DNA of 53,538 nt from an uncultured Bacteroidales bacterium. GTDB taxonomy: Bacteria; Bacteroidota; Bacteroidia; Bacteroidales; P3. Position numbers and translations under genes: made by a program. The notes under the pieces were generated by a model, which had not been told where the DNA came from, did not search any database, and was given only the letters and a program-made list of their open reading frames with translations. Where the stretch lies: assembly GCA_946613135.1 (NCBI GenBank), contig CAMOFI010000001.1:1-53538 (forward strand), in the 5' to 3' direction. Shown one piece after another: positions 9,692 to 18,840 of the stretch (positions are counted from its first letter, which is position 1; the number at the start of each line of letters is the position of its first letter).

Positions 9692-12367
9692 TTATTTCTC
9701 GCCTCTCAGCTTGTCGATTTGCGTTTTCAATGCCTCTATCTTCTTTTCGGCATCGGCCTTCTTCTGCTTTTCGATGGCGACGACCTTTTCCGGAGCTCCG
9801 TTGACAAATTTTTCGTTGCCAAGCTTCTTCATCACGCTCTGCAAGAAACCCTCCTGATACTTGAGTTCTGCTTCCATCTTCTTAAGTTCTGCTTCAACAT
9901 CGATATTCTCCTTGAGGGGAACGAAGCATTCCATAGTCCCTACCATAAATCCCAGAGCTCCCTCCGGTTTCGTTTCGGAATACAAGATCTCTTCCACATT
10001 GGCCAGTTTTCGGACAATGGCGTCAAATCTGCGGTTCAGCGGCTTGTCATCACCGGGCACAACGATAAGGTTTAACGGTTCTTTCGGTGAGAGTCCGCGA
10101 CTATTGCGCAGGTTGCGTACTCCGGCAATCATTTCGCGTGCAACATTGCAATCGTCGAGCATGCGCTGATCGTAGAACACACTGCATGGCATGTGCTGCA
10201 TCATGATGCTGCTCTCGGCACCGAGTTTGGCCACCGACTCGTTTTCTTCGCATGTCTGCAGCAGGTGCCATATCTCTTCCGTAATGAAGGGCATAAACGG
10301 GTGCAGCATACACATCAACCGTTCGAAGATGCGTATGGTCGAGTTGTATGTTTCCCGATCGATAGGCTTGCCATAGGCTGGCTTGACCATTTCGAGAAAC
10401 CACGAGCAGAAATCGTCCCACACCAGCTTGTAGGTGTCCATCAAAGCCTCGCTCAGCCTGTACTGGTCGAAATCCTTCTCTATACCCTCCAGAACACAGG
10501 CCATTCTTTGCTCCATCCATTCGACAGCGAGGGCATTTTCATCGGTCTGGCTTTGTTCGGCATCTGTTTCCCAGCCTTTAACCAAACGCAAGGCGTTCCA
10601 TATCTTGTTGGCGAAATTACGTCCCTGTTCGCATATGCTCTCGTCAAAAGGAAGATCGTTGCCTGCAGGTGCTGTAAGAAGCATACCCATACGCACTCCG
10701 TCGGCACCATATTTCTCTATCAACTCGATGGGGTCCGGACTGTTGCCCAAGCTCTTGCTCATTTTGCGGCCCAACTTGTCGCGTACAATTCCTGTAAAGT
10801 ATACATGACGGAAAGGCACCTGTCCTCTATACTCCTCTCCGGCCATAATCATACGGGCCACCCAGAAGAAGATGATGTCGGGGGCCGTAATCAAGTCGTC
10901 GGTCGGATAATAGTATTTGATTTCTTCGTTTTCAGGGTTACGGATTCCGTCAAAAAGACTTATCGGCCACAACCAGCTGCTGAACCATGTGTCGAGCACG
11001 TCCTCGTCCTGCACCAATTGGTCGGCACTCGATACGGCACCCGGGAACAGGCGGCAAGCCTCCTCAAAAGCCTTTTCGCGCGATACGGCGACAACGACTT
11101 CGCGCTTGCCGTTGACATCAAGGTAATATGCCGGTATTCGATGACCCCACCACAATTGGCGGCTGATACACCAATCCTTAATATTCTCGAGCCAATGGCG
11201 ATAGGTGTTCTTGAACTTGGCAGGGTGGAACTGTATCGTGTCGTCTTCGACAACTTCGAGCGCTTTCTTGGCGAGGTTCTCCATTTTCAGGAACCACTGT
11301 GCCGACAATTTCGGTTCGATGACCGCATCGGTACGCTCCGAATGGCCCACTTTGTTGGTATAGTCCTCCACTTTCTCGACGAGGCCGGCTTCTTCAAGGT
11401 CCTTCATAATGGCCTTACGGCAGGCAAAACGGTCCATTTTGGCATATTTGCCACCGTTATCGTTGAGGGTTCCGTTATCGTTGAAGATATCTATGCTTTC
11501 AAGACCGTATTTCATTCCGAGGTTGTAGTCGTTGATGTCGTGTGCCGGAGTAATCTTCAGTGCTCCTGTACCGAATTCACGGTCTACATACTCGTCCATT
11601 ATGATTGGCACGACCCTGCCTACTCCAGGAACAATCACCCTCTTCCCTTTGAGCCACTGGTAGCGTTCGTCTTCAGGATGCACACACACAGCAGTGTCGC
11701 CCATGATGGTTTCGGGACGTGTGGTTGCCACAACAATATACTTGTCTTCGCCTTCCACATAATATCTCAAGTAGAACAATTTACCGTGGCTCTCTTTGTA
11801 AATCACCTCTTCGTCGCTTACAGCAGTAAGCGCCTGAGGATCCCAGTTCACCATACGCACACCACGATAGATGAGGCCCTTCTTATACAAGTCGACAAAC
11901 ACCTGTATTACCGACTCATAGCGTATGTCGTCCATAGTAAACGACGTACGGTCCCAGTCGCAGCTTGCGCCAAGTTTACGCAGTTGCTTTAGTATGATGC
12001 CGCCATACTTCTCTTTCCACTCCCATGCATATTTCAGATATTCGTCGCGGCTGAGGTCTCTCTTGTTTATGCCTCGTTCGGCAAGCATCTTGACGACCTT
12101 GGCCTCTGTCGAGATGCTGGCGTGGTCTGTTCCCGGTACCCAACAGGCATTTTTCCCCAACATACGTGCACGGCGCACCAGCACGTCTTGTATTGTATTG
12201 TTAAGCATGTGCCCCATATGAAGCACTCCCGTCACATTGGGCGGCGGTATTACCACAGTGTAAGGACGACGATGGTCGGGTTCCGAATGAAACAGTTTCT
12301 TCTCTAACCAAAAATTATACCAACGCTCTTCTACCGAGCGAGGATCGTATTTCGATGCTATTTCCAT
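9692..12367 (-). CDS. valS: valine--tRNA ligase
   Basis: 891 aa. Class I signatures [13 protein letters not shown] and KMSKSLGN. C-terminal coiled coil is typical of ValRS. Confidence 0.97.
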   Translation of the reverse strand: MEIASKYDPRSVEERWYNFWLEKKLFHSEPDHRRPYTVVIPPPNVTGVLHMGHMLNNTIQDVLVRRARMLGKNACWVPGTDHASISTEAKVVKMLAERGINKRDLSRDEYLKYAWEWKEKYGGIILKQLRKLGASCDWDRTSFTMDDIRYESVIQVFVDLYKKGLIYRGVRMVNWDPQALTAVSDEEVIYKESHGKLFYLRYYVEGEDKYIVVATTRPETIMGDTAVCVHPEDERYQWLKGKRVIVPGVGRVVPIIMDEYVDREFGTGALKITPAHDINDYNLGMKYGLESIDIFNDNGTLNDNGGKYAKMDRFACRKAIMKDLEEAGLVEKVEDYTNKVGHSERTDAVIEPKLSAQWFLKMENLAKKALEVVEDDTIQFHPAKFKNTYRHWLENIKDWCISRQLWWGHRIPAYYLDVNGKREVVVAVSREKAFEEACRLFPGAVSSADQLVQDEDVLDTWFSSWLWPISLFDGIRNPENEEIKYYYPTDDLITAPDIIFFWVARMIMAGEEYRGQVPFRHVYFTGIVRDKLGRKMSKSLGNSPDPIELIEKYGADGVRMGMLLTAPAGNDLPFDESICEQGRNFANKIWNALRLVKGWETDAEQSQTDENALAVEWMEQRMACVLEGIEKDFDQYRLSEALMDTYKLVWDDFCSWFLEMVKPAYGKPIDRETYNSTIRIFERLMCMLHPFMPFITEEIWHLLQTCEENESVAKLGAESSIMMQHMPCSVFYDQRMLDDCNVAREMIAGVRNLRNSRGLSPKEPLNLIVVPGDDKPLNRRFDAIVRKLANVEEILYSETKPEGALGFMVGTMECFVPLKENIDVEAELKKMEAELKYQEGFLQSVMKKLGNEKFVNGAPEKVVAIEKQKKADAEKKIEALKTQIDKLRGEK

Positions 12368-12545
12368 CTCTCTTCAATATTTTTTCGTTATAAATTTCTA
12401 CGTTTTATGCGAGACAAAAAATATTTGTTTTCGTTATCGTTTTCCTATGGAGTTTTTCTTTTTGTTGTTGTTTTTGCATGACAATATCCAAACAAAGAAC
12501 TAAATATAAAACATTTAGACACCCTGTTGATTATCTTTAATCTTG

Positions 12546-12553
12546 CAAATTTA
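12546..12553 (-). promoter_or_regulatory. candidate -7 promoter element (TAAATTTG on minus strand) for valS
   Basis: Plus strand reads CAAATTTA. It lies between the upstream terminator (12581-12619) and valS, about 180 nt upstream of the valS ATG. Confidence 0.3.
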
Positions 12554-12580
12554 CACATTTTTTATAGTTTTATTATTATT

Positions 12581-12619
12581 AAAACAAAAAAAAGAACCAT
12601 CTGTCGTTCCAGATGGTTC
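12581..12619 (-). terminator. Rho-independent terminator after the lipoprotein gene
   Basis: Perfect 10-bp stem GAACCATCTG (12594-12603) / CAGATGGTTC (12610-12619) with a 6-nt loop. On the minus strand it is followed by a T-run (plus-strand AAAACAAAAAAAA, 12581-12593). It starts 26 nt after the stop at 12645. Confidence 0.75.
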
Positions 12620-12644
12620 CATATCGATTCTGTGTCGCCCCGAT

Positions 12645-13256
12645 TCATCCATTGGCATTTGCTCCGGTCTTTTTTTCGACCTTGATGTAATTGGGCATCG
12701 GAACCTGCATGCCTCCAACATTGAGCGACGGTTTGATACGGAGGCCCACTTTCGACGATGTTCCGTCGTTCTTGAAACTGGAGACAAAGTTCTTGAGCGA
12801 GTTGATGCCCTCTTTGCTGAACATGCTGTACAAGTCAGTGTTAACGCCAAGAGGAACAGTAGTGGTCGCCTTCTTGGTAACGGTGTAATTCTTGACGCTG
12901 TTGCCTTGAGCAAACTGGCTGCCGTCGATGTCGAGAATCCAATCCATTGCAGTAAGGGCTGCATTTTTCTCCGTCGGATTCTTGATGTCGATATTCACAT
13001 CCATCATCATAGGCACCTGCTTGCTGACAAGCGCGGTGGTTAATTTGAGAACATCGGAAGCCGTGATGTTGCCATTGGTCAGAGATTTGACATTGACACC
13101 CGCGATGGTGAGTCCCGAAACATTTTTGAGGTTATACTCGCAATTGGCGAGGTTGGCGAGCTCGGCTGCCTGATTGGCTACAGACTGAAGCAAGCTGCAT
13201 GCCGACAGGGTGAGAGAGGCTGCAGCAACAACAAAAAGGTGACGAAGTTTTTTCAT
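12645..13256 (-). CDS. lipoprotein, LEA type 2 (LEA14/WHy-like) candidate
   Basis: 203 aa. Lipobox LTLSAC. Beta-rich segment MMMDVNIDIKNPTEKNAALTAMDWILDIDGSQFAQG resembles LEA_2 domains. Family call is tentative. Confidence 0.6.
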   Translation of the reverse strand: MKKLRHLFVVAAASLTLSACSLLQSVANQAAELANLANCEYNLKNVSGLTIAGVNVKSLTNGNITASDVLKLTTALVSKQVPMMMDVNIDIKNPTEKNAALTAMDWILDIDGSQFAQGNSVKNYTVTKKATTTVPLGVNTDLYSMFSKEGINSLKNFVSSFKNDGTSSKVGLRIKPSLNVGGMQVPMPNYIKVEKKTGANANG

Positions 13257-13308
13257 GATTTTTTTTTTGATATGTTCTATTTTGATTTGTTTTTTTTAAT
13301 CTTTTTGG

Positions 13309-14934
13309 TCAAAATCCCATGCCGAACATTTGCCAATACTTGGCTTCAAGCTGTTTCCATGCATAAGCGGTGTTGTCATATACCCGATATGTATAGTCGT
13401 TCAGGAGGTTGGCAATTTGCGGGCCAGGGTTGAAATCGTGACTTTCTCTTTCTTTAAGGTTTTTCACGCTGTTCTCAAGTTCACTGAGGCCATCCATGGC
13501 TTTATGTTCCTGGTCGAGAACGACCGACAACATTTCTTTCTTTGTACGCTGCCATGCAACGGTGGCAAGTTTGTTGGCCTTGCGGTACTGCCACAGGACT
13601 GCGTTCTCGTCAAATTTCTTCTGCCCACAGGTGTTGAATGCCTGCGGCAGGCGGCTTGTACCGCAGAAGATGGGAACACGTGGACTCTGCCCAGGATTGT
13701 CGACAGCCATCCAGCATATGCCTCCCACCTCGTCGGGCAACCAGTCGCGCAACTGAGCAACAAACGAATAGGAGCACCATGCAACACTCACCGTACGCTT
13801 GAAATCGACAGTGCCAGGCTTTATTGTGTTAAATGTGTTCTGCATATTGCCTCCCATCCACGGATTGGCGATGGGACTTGTTATAGTATCTTTAACCACT
13901 GTGCCATCGCTCTGTTTACGGTTGACGACAGTCGTTAGGTTTCGACACATATCCATATCTGTACCTTCGTAGGTTGAACGAAGAAGTTGCATGACATCAC
14001 TTACATCGACACTCTGGTCCGGCTTTACGGAGAATGGCAGTTCGTCCATGTCCTGAGAGAGCTGCAGCGATGGAGCCAAAGAGTTCAAAATAAAGAATTC
14101 ACGTTCACGGAAGTTTTTCCCGTTGGCATAAGAGGCATTGAACGCTTTCCAGAAAACAAAGTCGCCTTTACCATCCCAAAGTCCATATCTTAAAGCCACA
14201 CTCTCAATGTTGTCCGAGCACATAAAATTCTCTTTGTTGTCGCGCTGAAGCCGACCGATGCGAGGGATGTTGGCACTGACGGCCACATGGTTGTCAGGAA
14301 CCCTCTGCGCTGCCCATACACCTCCTATTCTGTCACGGCCTTCACCGATGATTTCCATCTGCCACACTTCGTTCTTGTCGGCAATGGTTATGCATTCGCC
14401 GCCATCGGCATAACCGTACTCTTTGACTAATGATCCGATAAGCCGGATAGCATCACGGGCATTGTCGCAGCGCATAAGAGCCACTCTCTCCAACTCTTCA
14501 ATAAGAAAAAGGCCATTAGGGTTTCTCAACGTATCAGGACCTCCAAATGTCGTCTCTCCTATGGCAAGTTGTTTCTCGTTCAGGCACGGATAGGCAGTAT
14601 TAAGATAGGCGTATGTATGTGCCACCTGCGGAATGGTGCCGGCGATTGTCACTCCTGTGGTGTCGTCACGATAGGCTGTATGCATTGTGCCCTTACGCAC
14701 TGTATGCCTTTCGCCTTGCTTGTAGTTGTGTGCAGGTTCGATGGTCATCCATGTACGGTAACGGCCGTCACAAGTATGTGATGTGATTACAGACCCGTCA
14801 GACGAGGCTTTCTTGCCAACCATTATCGATGTGCACGACTGTCCGTCTACAAGTTGAGAATTGTAGTCGGGATTCTGTGCTTTCAGTATAAATGCAGAAC
14901 AGAGTATTCCAATAGTGGCGATCAGTTTTTTCAT
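13309..14934 (-). CDS. C69 family dipeptidase (secreted)
   Basis: 541 aa with signal peptide. CTSIMVGKKASSDGSVITSHTCDG matches the N-terminal Cys-nucleophile region of peptidase family C69. Confidence 0.85.
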   Translation of the reverse strand: MKKLIATIGILCSAFILKAQNPDYNSQLVDGQSCTSIMVGKKASSDGSVITSHTCDGRYRTWMTIEPAHNYKQGERHTVRKGTMHTAYRDDTTGVTIAGTIPQVAHTYAYLNTAYPCLNEKQLAIGETTFGGPDTLRNPNGLFLIEELERVALMRCDNARDAIRLIGSLVKEYGYADGGECITIADKNEVWQMEIIGEGRDRIGGVWAAQRVPDNHVAVSANIPRIGRLQRDNKENFMCSDNIESVALRYGLWDGKGDFVFWKAFNASYANGKNFREREFFILNSLAPSLQLSQDMDELPFSVKPDQSVDVSDVMQLLRSTYEGTDMDMCRNLTTVVNRKQSDGTVVKDTITSPIANPWMGGNMQNTFNTIKPGTVDFKRTVSVAWCSYSFVAQLRDWLPDEVGGICWMAVDNPGQSPRVPIFCGTSRLPQAFNTCGQKKFDENAVLWQYRKANKLATVAWQRTKKEMLSVVLDQEHKAMDGLSELENSVKNLKERESHDFNPGPQIANLLNDYTYRVYDNTAYAWKQLEAKYWQMFGMGF

Positions 14935-14960
14935 ATTGATATTTTTTTGTTTTATAATAG

Positions 14961-16037
14961 CTAAGCACTCATAATCAACTCAAAGCATCGGGCGGCAGGC
15001 TCGATGACGCTGTCAGGGAATACGTAGCAAGGGTTGTGCAATTCGGGTTGGTCTTTGCCACTTCCAATACCGAAAAAAGCACCTGGCATTATTGTCAGAT
15101 ATTCTGCGAAATCCTCACTCCACCTAAAAGGCCGGTCTATCAATTCGACAGGAAAATGTGGCGACAGTATATCATGGATTTTATCAACAAACGCAGCATT
15201 GTTTTCTGTTGCTTTGAAAGGCTCTTTGAGTTGCTTTTCCAATTTGAGCTGATGTTTGTCCGACTCGTCGATAGCTATGGTATCGGCAGCCGACATCAGG
15301 TCGTGCATGGCATCGTTTGTGAAAGAACGCAACGTGAACATCAGTTCGCCACAACCGGCCGAAGTACCGAAGGCCTCCTCTCCCACTCTGCAGCATACCA
15401 AAGTAGACTGACGAAAGCTTTTAGGATCGCTTGTGATTCTATTCAATGCATCAAAACGGACAATAGCCGAAGCTATTGCAAGTGCCGGATTAAGACCTTT
15501 TTCCGGTGTAGAGGCATGAGTGGCTCTACCGACGAAACGGTACACCACACCACACGATGCTGCAGCGAAGGTGCCGCGGTTCAAGACCACCGTACCTTCT
15601 GGATAACCAGGCAGATTGTGCAATCCAAAAATTGCGTCGACATGGTATTTCTGAAGCAGGTTGCTTTGGATTATCTTCTTGGCTCCTTTGCCTGTCTCCT
15701 CTTCGGGTTGGAAGACGAGGACAATGTTTTTGACATGTTCAGACTGGGCGACAATCTGAGCAAAACGGAGCATGATGGCCGTGTGTCCGTCGTGTCCGCA
15801 ACGGTGACCGATGGGGAGCGCATCGATATCAGCCCTGAATGCAAGCGTGGGAGCATTGGGCACACACGCACGCCAATAAGCCACCACGCCATATCCGCCG
15901 ACATGGGTGTTCAGTTCGGTAGGATGCAAGTCTGAAAGAAAGCGCACAATAAGATCGTGGGCATAGCTTTCGCATCCAGAAACACCTGGGTTGCTATGCA
16001 GCTGTTTGCGCAATTCCATTATGTCGGTTGAAAGCAT
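14961..16037 (-). CDS. M20 family amidohydrolase (M20D-like)
   Basis: 358 aa. Metal-ligand motifs DIDALPIGHRCGHDGH and QPEEETGKGA. Somewhat shorter than the typical M20D length of about 380-400 aa. Confidence 0.8.
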   Translation of the reverse strand: MLSTDIMELRKQLHSNPGVSGCESYAHDLIVRFLSDLHPTELNTHVGGYGVVAYWRACVPNAPTLAFRADIDALPIGHRCGHDGHTAIMLRFAQIVAQSEHVKNIVLVFQPEEETGKGAKKIIQSNLLQKYHVDAIFGLHNLPGYPEGTVVLNRGTFAAASCGVVYRFVGRATHASTPEKGLNPALAIASAIVRFDALNRITSDPKSFRQSTLVCCRVGEEAFGTSAGCGELMFTLRSFTNDAMHDLMSAADTIAIDESDKHQLKLEKQLKEPFKATENNAAFVDKIHDILSPHFPVELIDRPFRWSEDFAEYLTIMPGAFFGIGSGKDQPELHNPCYVFPDSVIEPAARCFELIMSA

Positions 16038-16061
16038 TTTTGTGTGGTTTTATGTTTAGAG

Positions 16062-18839
16062 TCAAACGTTCCGTTTCAAGACTTTATCCTTGAAATCGCG
16101 TCCTCGTTCTTCAAAGTTTTTGTAATGGTCATAGCTGCTTGCCGCTGGCGAAAGCAGGCAGATTTTTCCCTTGGCAGTATACTGCGAAGCAAACACAACG
16201 GCATCGCCCATCGAGTAATCAGGCTCAAAATGCATCATCATCCTTTTCTTGCCGGCCGCCTCGGCATCGATATCCGACATGCAGTCGACAATCTGTTTGC
16301 CTGCCGTTCCGAAAAGAACAAGATTCCGCACTTGACATCCCTTATCGCTTCTCAACAGGTACTGCGCCAATGGATTATAGTCTATGCCTCTGCTATAGCC
16401 GCCAAGAATCAATGTGTCAACATCCTTCAAGGCCTCAATGGCAGCAATCGTAGCTTGGGGTATTGTGCTTATTGAATCATTATAGTATACAACACCATCA
16501 ACAACAGAAACGAACTCAAGACGGTGTTCCAATCCCTTGAACGATGCCACCGATTCGAGAAAATCGTTGACACTGATGCCAATACTCTCGGAGACAAGCC
16601 ATGCTACATATATATTCGAAAGGTTGTGGTCGCCAACTAAGGGCAAAGAGACTCCTTCAAAAGGCTTGAAATCTTTTGCCTCTTGGAGGCTGTAAGGATG
16701 AATGTGCGACACAATACGACCATCCGACTCTACCACTTTGGTTCTGAGGTCGTTGTTGTCGCCACAATAGAAAAACACACCATTATTATCCTGATTTACG
16801 GCTATCTGCATTTTTGCATTGCAGTAGTCCGCATAGTCATGATAATGGTCAAGATGTTCCTGAAACAGGTTGAGAAGCACCGCCACGTGTGGCGCCCGAT
16901 GGATGTTCTGCAACTGGTGACACGATAGTTCGGCTACGACAATACAGGATTCATCCATCTTTCCAAGTATATCAAAGAAAGGTATCCCTATATTTCCTGC
17001 AAGAATTACATCCTTGCCATGTAGCGACTTGGACAATACATCATATATCAGACTTGTTGTAGTGCTCTTGCCTTTGGTGCCAGTGACACCGATGGTGATA
17101 TCACCAAACACACGGAGGAAAAGGTCTGTTTGAGATGTAATCTTCGTCATGTCGCAGTGACCTTCGAAAACAAAATCCGGTATACCTGGCGATTTGATAA
17201 TCAAGTCGTAGTCGTTACTTTTAAGGAGCGACAGTATTTCGTCGTTGTTATTGGCCACATCGAACGGACGGCCTGGAAACATCTTGCTGAGCAAAGAGGC
17301 ACTACTTCTCCCCTCCCTTCCATAGCCGGCAATAAGAATGCGCTTGCGAGCCAAGAGGTTGAAAAGCCGGTTGTACCGGAAGAACTGCTCAACACTTCTC
17401 GACGGAACCTCTTTGGCAGAAACAGCGTCGTTCACTGTGTCCGCACACAGCGCCTTATAAAGAATAGACCAATCTCGCTTGGGCAGATTATGGTTTGTCG
17501 AGACACTGTCGAGAGAGATATCTACAGGAAGTGGACTATAGTTTTGTAGCAATGCCGGCAACTTGTCGGTATACCATTTTGCTATCGTGATAGCCAGGGC
17601 ATTGTTGACCTCACTGACAGTGCCTACACATTCGAACGGCTTGGTCTCGGCCACGCCTACGAGTTGGTCGAACTCGTGCTTCATTGAGATGTCGTCGAGC
17701 ATGTCCTTGCCGAAAATCATCGCAAGGCGATGAGGTTCTATAAAGGGTGAAAGAATAATGTAGGCAAACAGACATTTGGCGCAGTGACCGCACCACACAT
17801 CCTGCTTGCTGCCAACGTTGCAGCTCCTGAAAACAGGGTGGTACTTGTCGAACCTGGCAAAAAGCATGGCAATCTGCAGTTCGCATAGAGGACGCAGAAA
17901 ACTGTAATAATTGAATTCCGGCGATATATACTCTCTTACATATTCCCTGAAGTCGTTCTCAAACTCGAGACTTTTCGAGTACTGATGGTTTACGTTAGTT
18001 CCAAGCACTGTACTCTCGTTGGCACTGTTCTCGTTAGAAAGAGCTATGTCTGGACGGGATGCCGTCATTGCCGAAGTAAGCAACGAATAGAACGCCAACA
18101 TGGCACTGAAAGGGGTATGACCATTGAGGGCTCCCGACTTGTTCTCCTGCAGCAGTCGCGGGTCGATAGTGCGGTTGATGACGATGACATCGTCCATCGA
18201 AAAACCAGCAGCTTCGACACACCCTATGGTGGCGCCGCGAGGATTCATGATAAGAGGCAATGGAAGTTTCTGTTTCCCGTTGTCGCCTATTCGGCCCGAA
18301 AGCAGTTCAAGGGTTACTACAGAGTCTTTCCCTCCACCTATAGGAACTATATGACTGTCTGTATCAAGGGTTGGACGAAAGATGTGCTGTATGAATTTAG
18401 GTGCAAAGGCAGACGACGGACTTTGTATCTGCATAAAGTCATCAACGCTTGCTTCGATTCCATTAGTATAGAAAAACTCGCCCAAACCATTATAGTATAG
18501 TTTTTTCCAGAAAGAAATCTGACGTTCTTCCAGTTTATATGGACATATCGTGACCAAAGGAGGACAATAGCACTTCCAATAGCTCACCAATTCAATCATT
18601 CCAATGTTAAACACCAACGCGTCGAGTGTCTGGGGCGAGAGATGGTCTGTTGTGAGGAATCGGCGCGAAGGCACTACAGCGCTCGGCTCAAAAACCACAT
18701 CCCTGCCAGGTTGCGAAGCGACAAGGCGAAAACAAAAAGTGATGTGCAGCCCATCTGGCTGCACATCATATTTGAAACTTTCGTAGATGAACTCTTTGAA
18801 ATTCCGTCTAAAAGTGCTATAGTCGTTCTGTCTTGTCAT
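16062..18839 (-). CDS. fusion protein: N-terminal QueC-like PP-loop/4-Cys domain + C-terminal MurD-type UDP-MurNAc-L-Ala--glutamate ligase
   Basis: 925-aa continuous ORF. N-domain (about aa 1-495, nt 17352-18839) carries GGGKDS (nt 18321-18338) and C-x9-C-x2-C-x2-C (nt 17772-17822). C-domain (about aa 497-925) has the Rossmann stretch ILIAGYGREG, the Mur ligase P-loop GVTGTKGKSTT (nt 17061-17090), GDHNLSNI and GLEHRLEFV. Confidence 0.85.
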   Translation of the reverse strand: MTRQNDYSTFRRNFKEFIYESFKYDVQPDGLHITFCFRLVASQPGRDVVFEPSAVVPSRRFLTTDHLSPQTLDALVFNIGMIELVSYWKCYCPPLVTICPYKLEERQISFWKKLYYNGLGEFFYTNGIEASVDDFMQIQSPSSAFAPKFIQHIFRPTLDTDSHIVPIGGGKDSVVTLELLSGRIGDNGKQKLPLPLIMNPRGATIGCVEAAGFSMDDVIVINRTIDPRLLQENKSGALNGHTPFSAMLAFYSLLTSAMTASRPDIALSNENSANESTVLGTNVNHQYSKSLEFENDFREYVREYISPEFNYYSFLRPLCELQIAMLFARFDKYHPVFRSCNVGSKQDVWCGHCAKCLFAYIILSPFIEPHRLAMIFGKDMLDDISMKHEFDQLVGVAETKPFECVGTVSEVNNALAITIAKWYTDKLPALLQNYSPLPVDISLDSVSTNHNLPKRDWSILYKALCADTVNDAVSAKEVPSRSVEQFFRYNRLFNLLARKRILIAGYGREGRSSASLLSKMFPGRPFDVANNNDEILSLLKSNDYDLIIKSPGIPDFVFEGHCDMTKITSQTDLFLRVFGDITIGVTGTKGKSTTTSLIYDVLSKSLHGKDVILAGNIGIPFFDILGKMDESCIVVAELSCHQLQNIHRAPHVAVLLNLFQEHLDHYHDYADYCNAKMQIAVNQDNNGVFFYCGDNNDLRTKVVESDGRIVSHIHPYSLQEAKDFKPFEGVSLPLVGDHNLSNIYVAWLVSESIGISVNDFLESVASFKGLEHRLEFVSVVDGVVYYNDSISTIPQATIAAIEALKDVDTLILGGYSRGIDYNPLAQYLLRSDKGCQVRNLVLFGTAGKQIVDCMSDIDAEAAGKKRMMMHFEPDYSMGDAVVFASQYTAKGKICLLSPAASSYDHYKNFEERGRDFKDKVLKRNV

Positions 18840-18840
18840 A

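Noticed and set aside
10193-11992. Very long antisense ORFs opposite well-supported genes: 599 aa opposite valS, 347 aa at 4621-5664 opposite the DUF4340-like gene, 300 aa at 2607-3509 opposite lpxB, 310 aa at 52510-53442 opposite glf, 299 aa at 15036-15935 opposite the M20 gene, and 287 aa at 36206-37069 opposite the AAA-CYTH gene.
   Set aside because: Each lies entirely within a gene that has unmistakable family motifs on the other strand. Their translations are His/Phe/Val/Arg-rich with no recognisable motifs, signal peptides or domain structure. Long stop-free antisense frames are an expected by-product of codon bias. I do not consider them coding.
12368-12545. The longer intergenic regions inspected for riboswitches, T-box-like leaders, tRNAs, small RNAs or CRISPR repeats: upstream of valS, and also 32857-33121, 40574-40781 and 37325-37471.
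   Set aside because: I found no cloverleaf-compatible sequence, no repeated spacer-repeat structure and no recognisable riboswitch core. Only AT-rich promoter-like sequence and the terminators listed as features were seen. A covariance-model scan (Infernal/Rfam, tRNAscan-SE) would be needed to exclude small RNAs.
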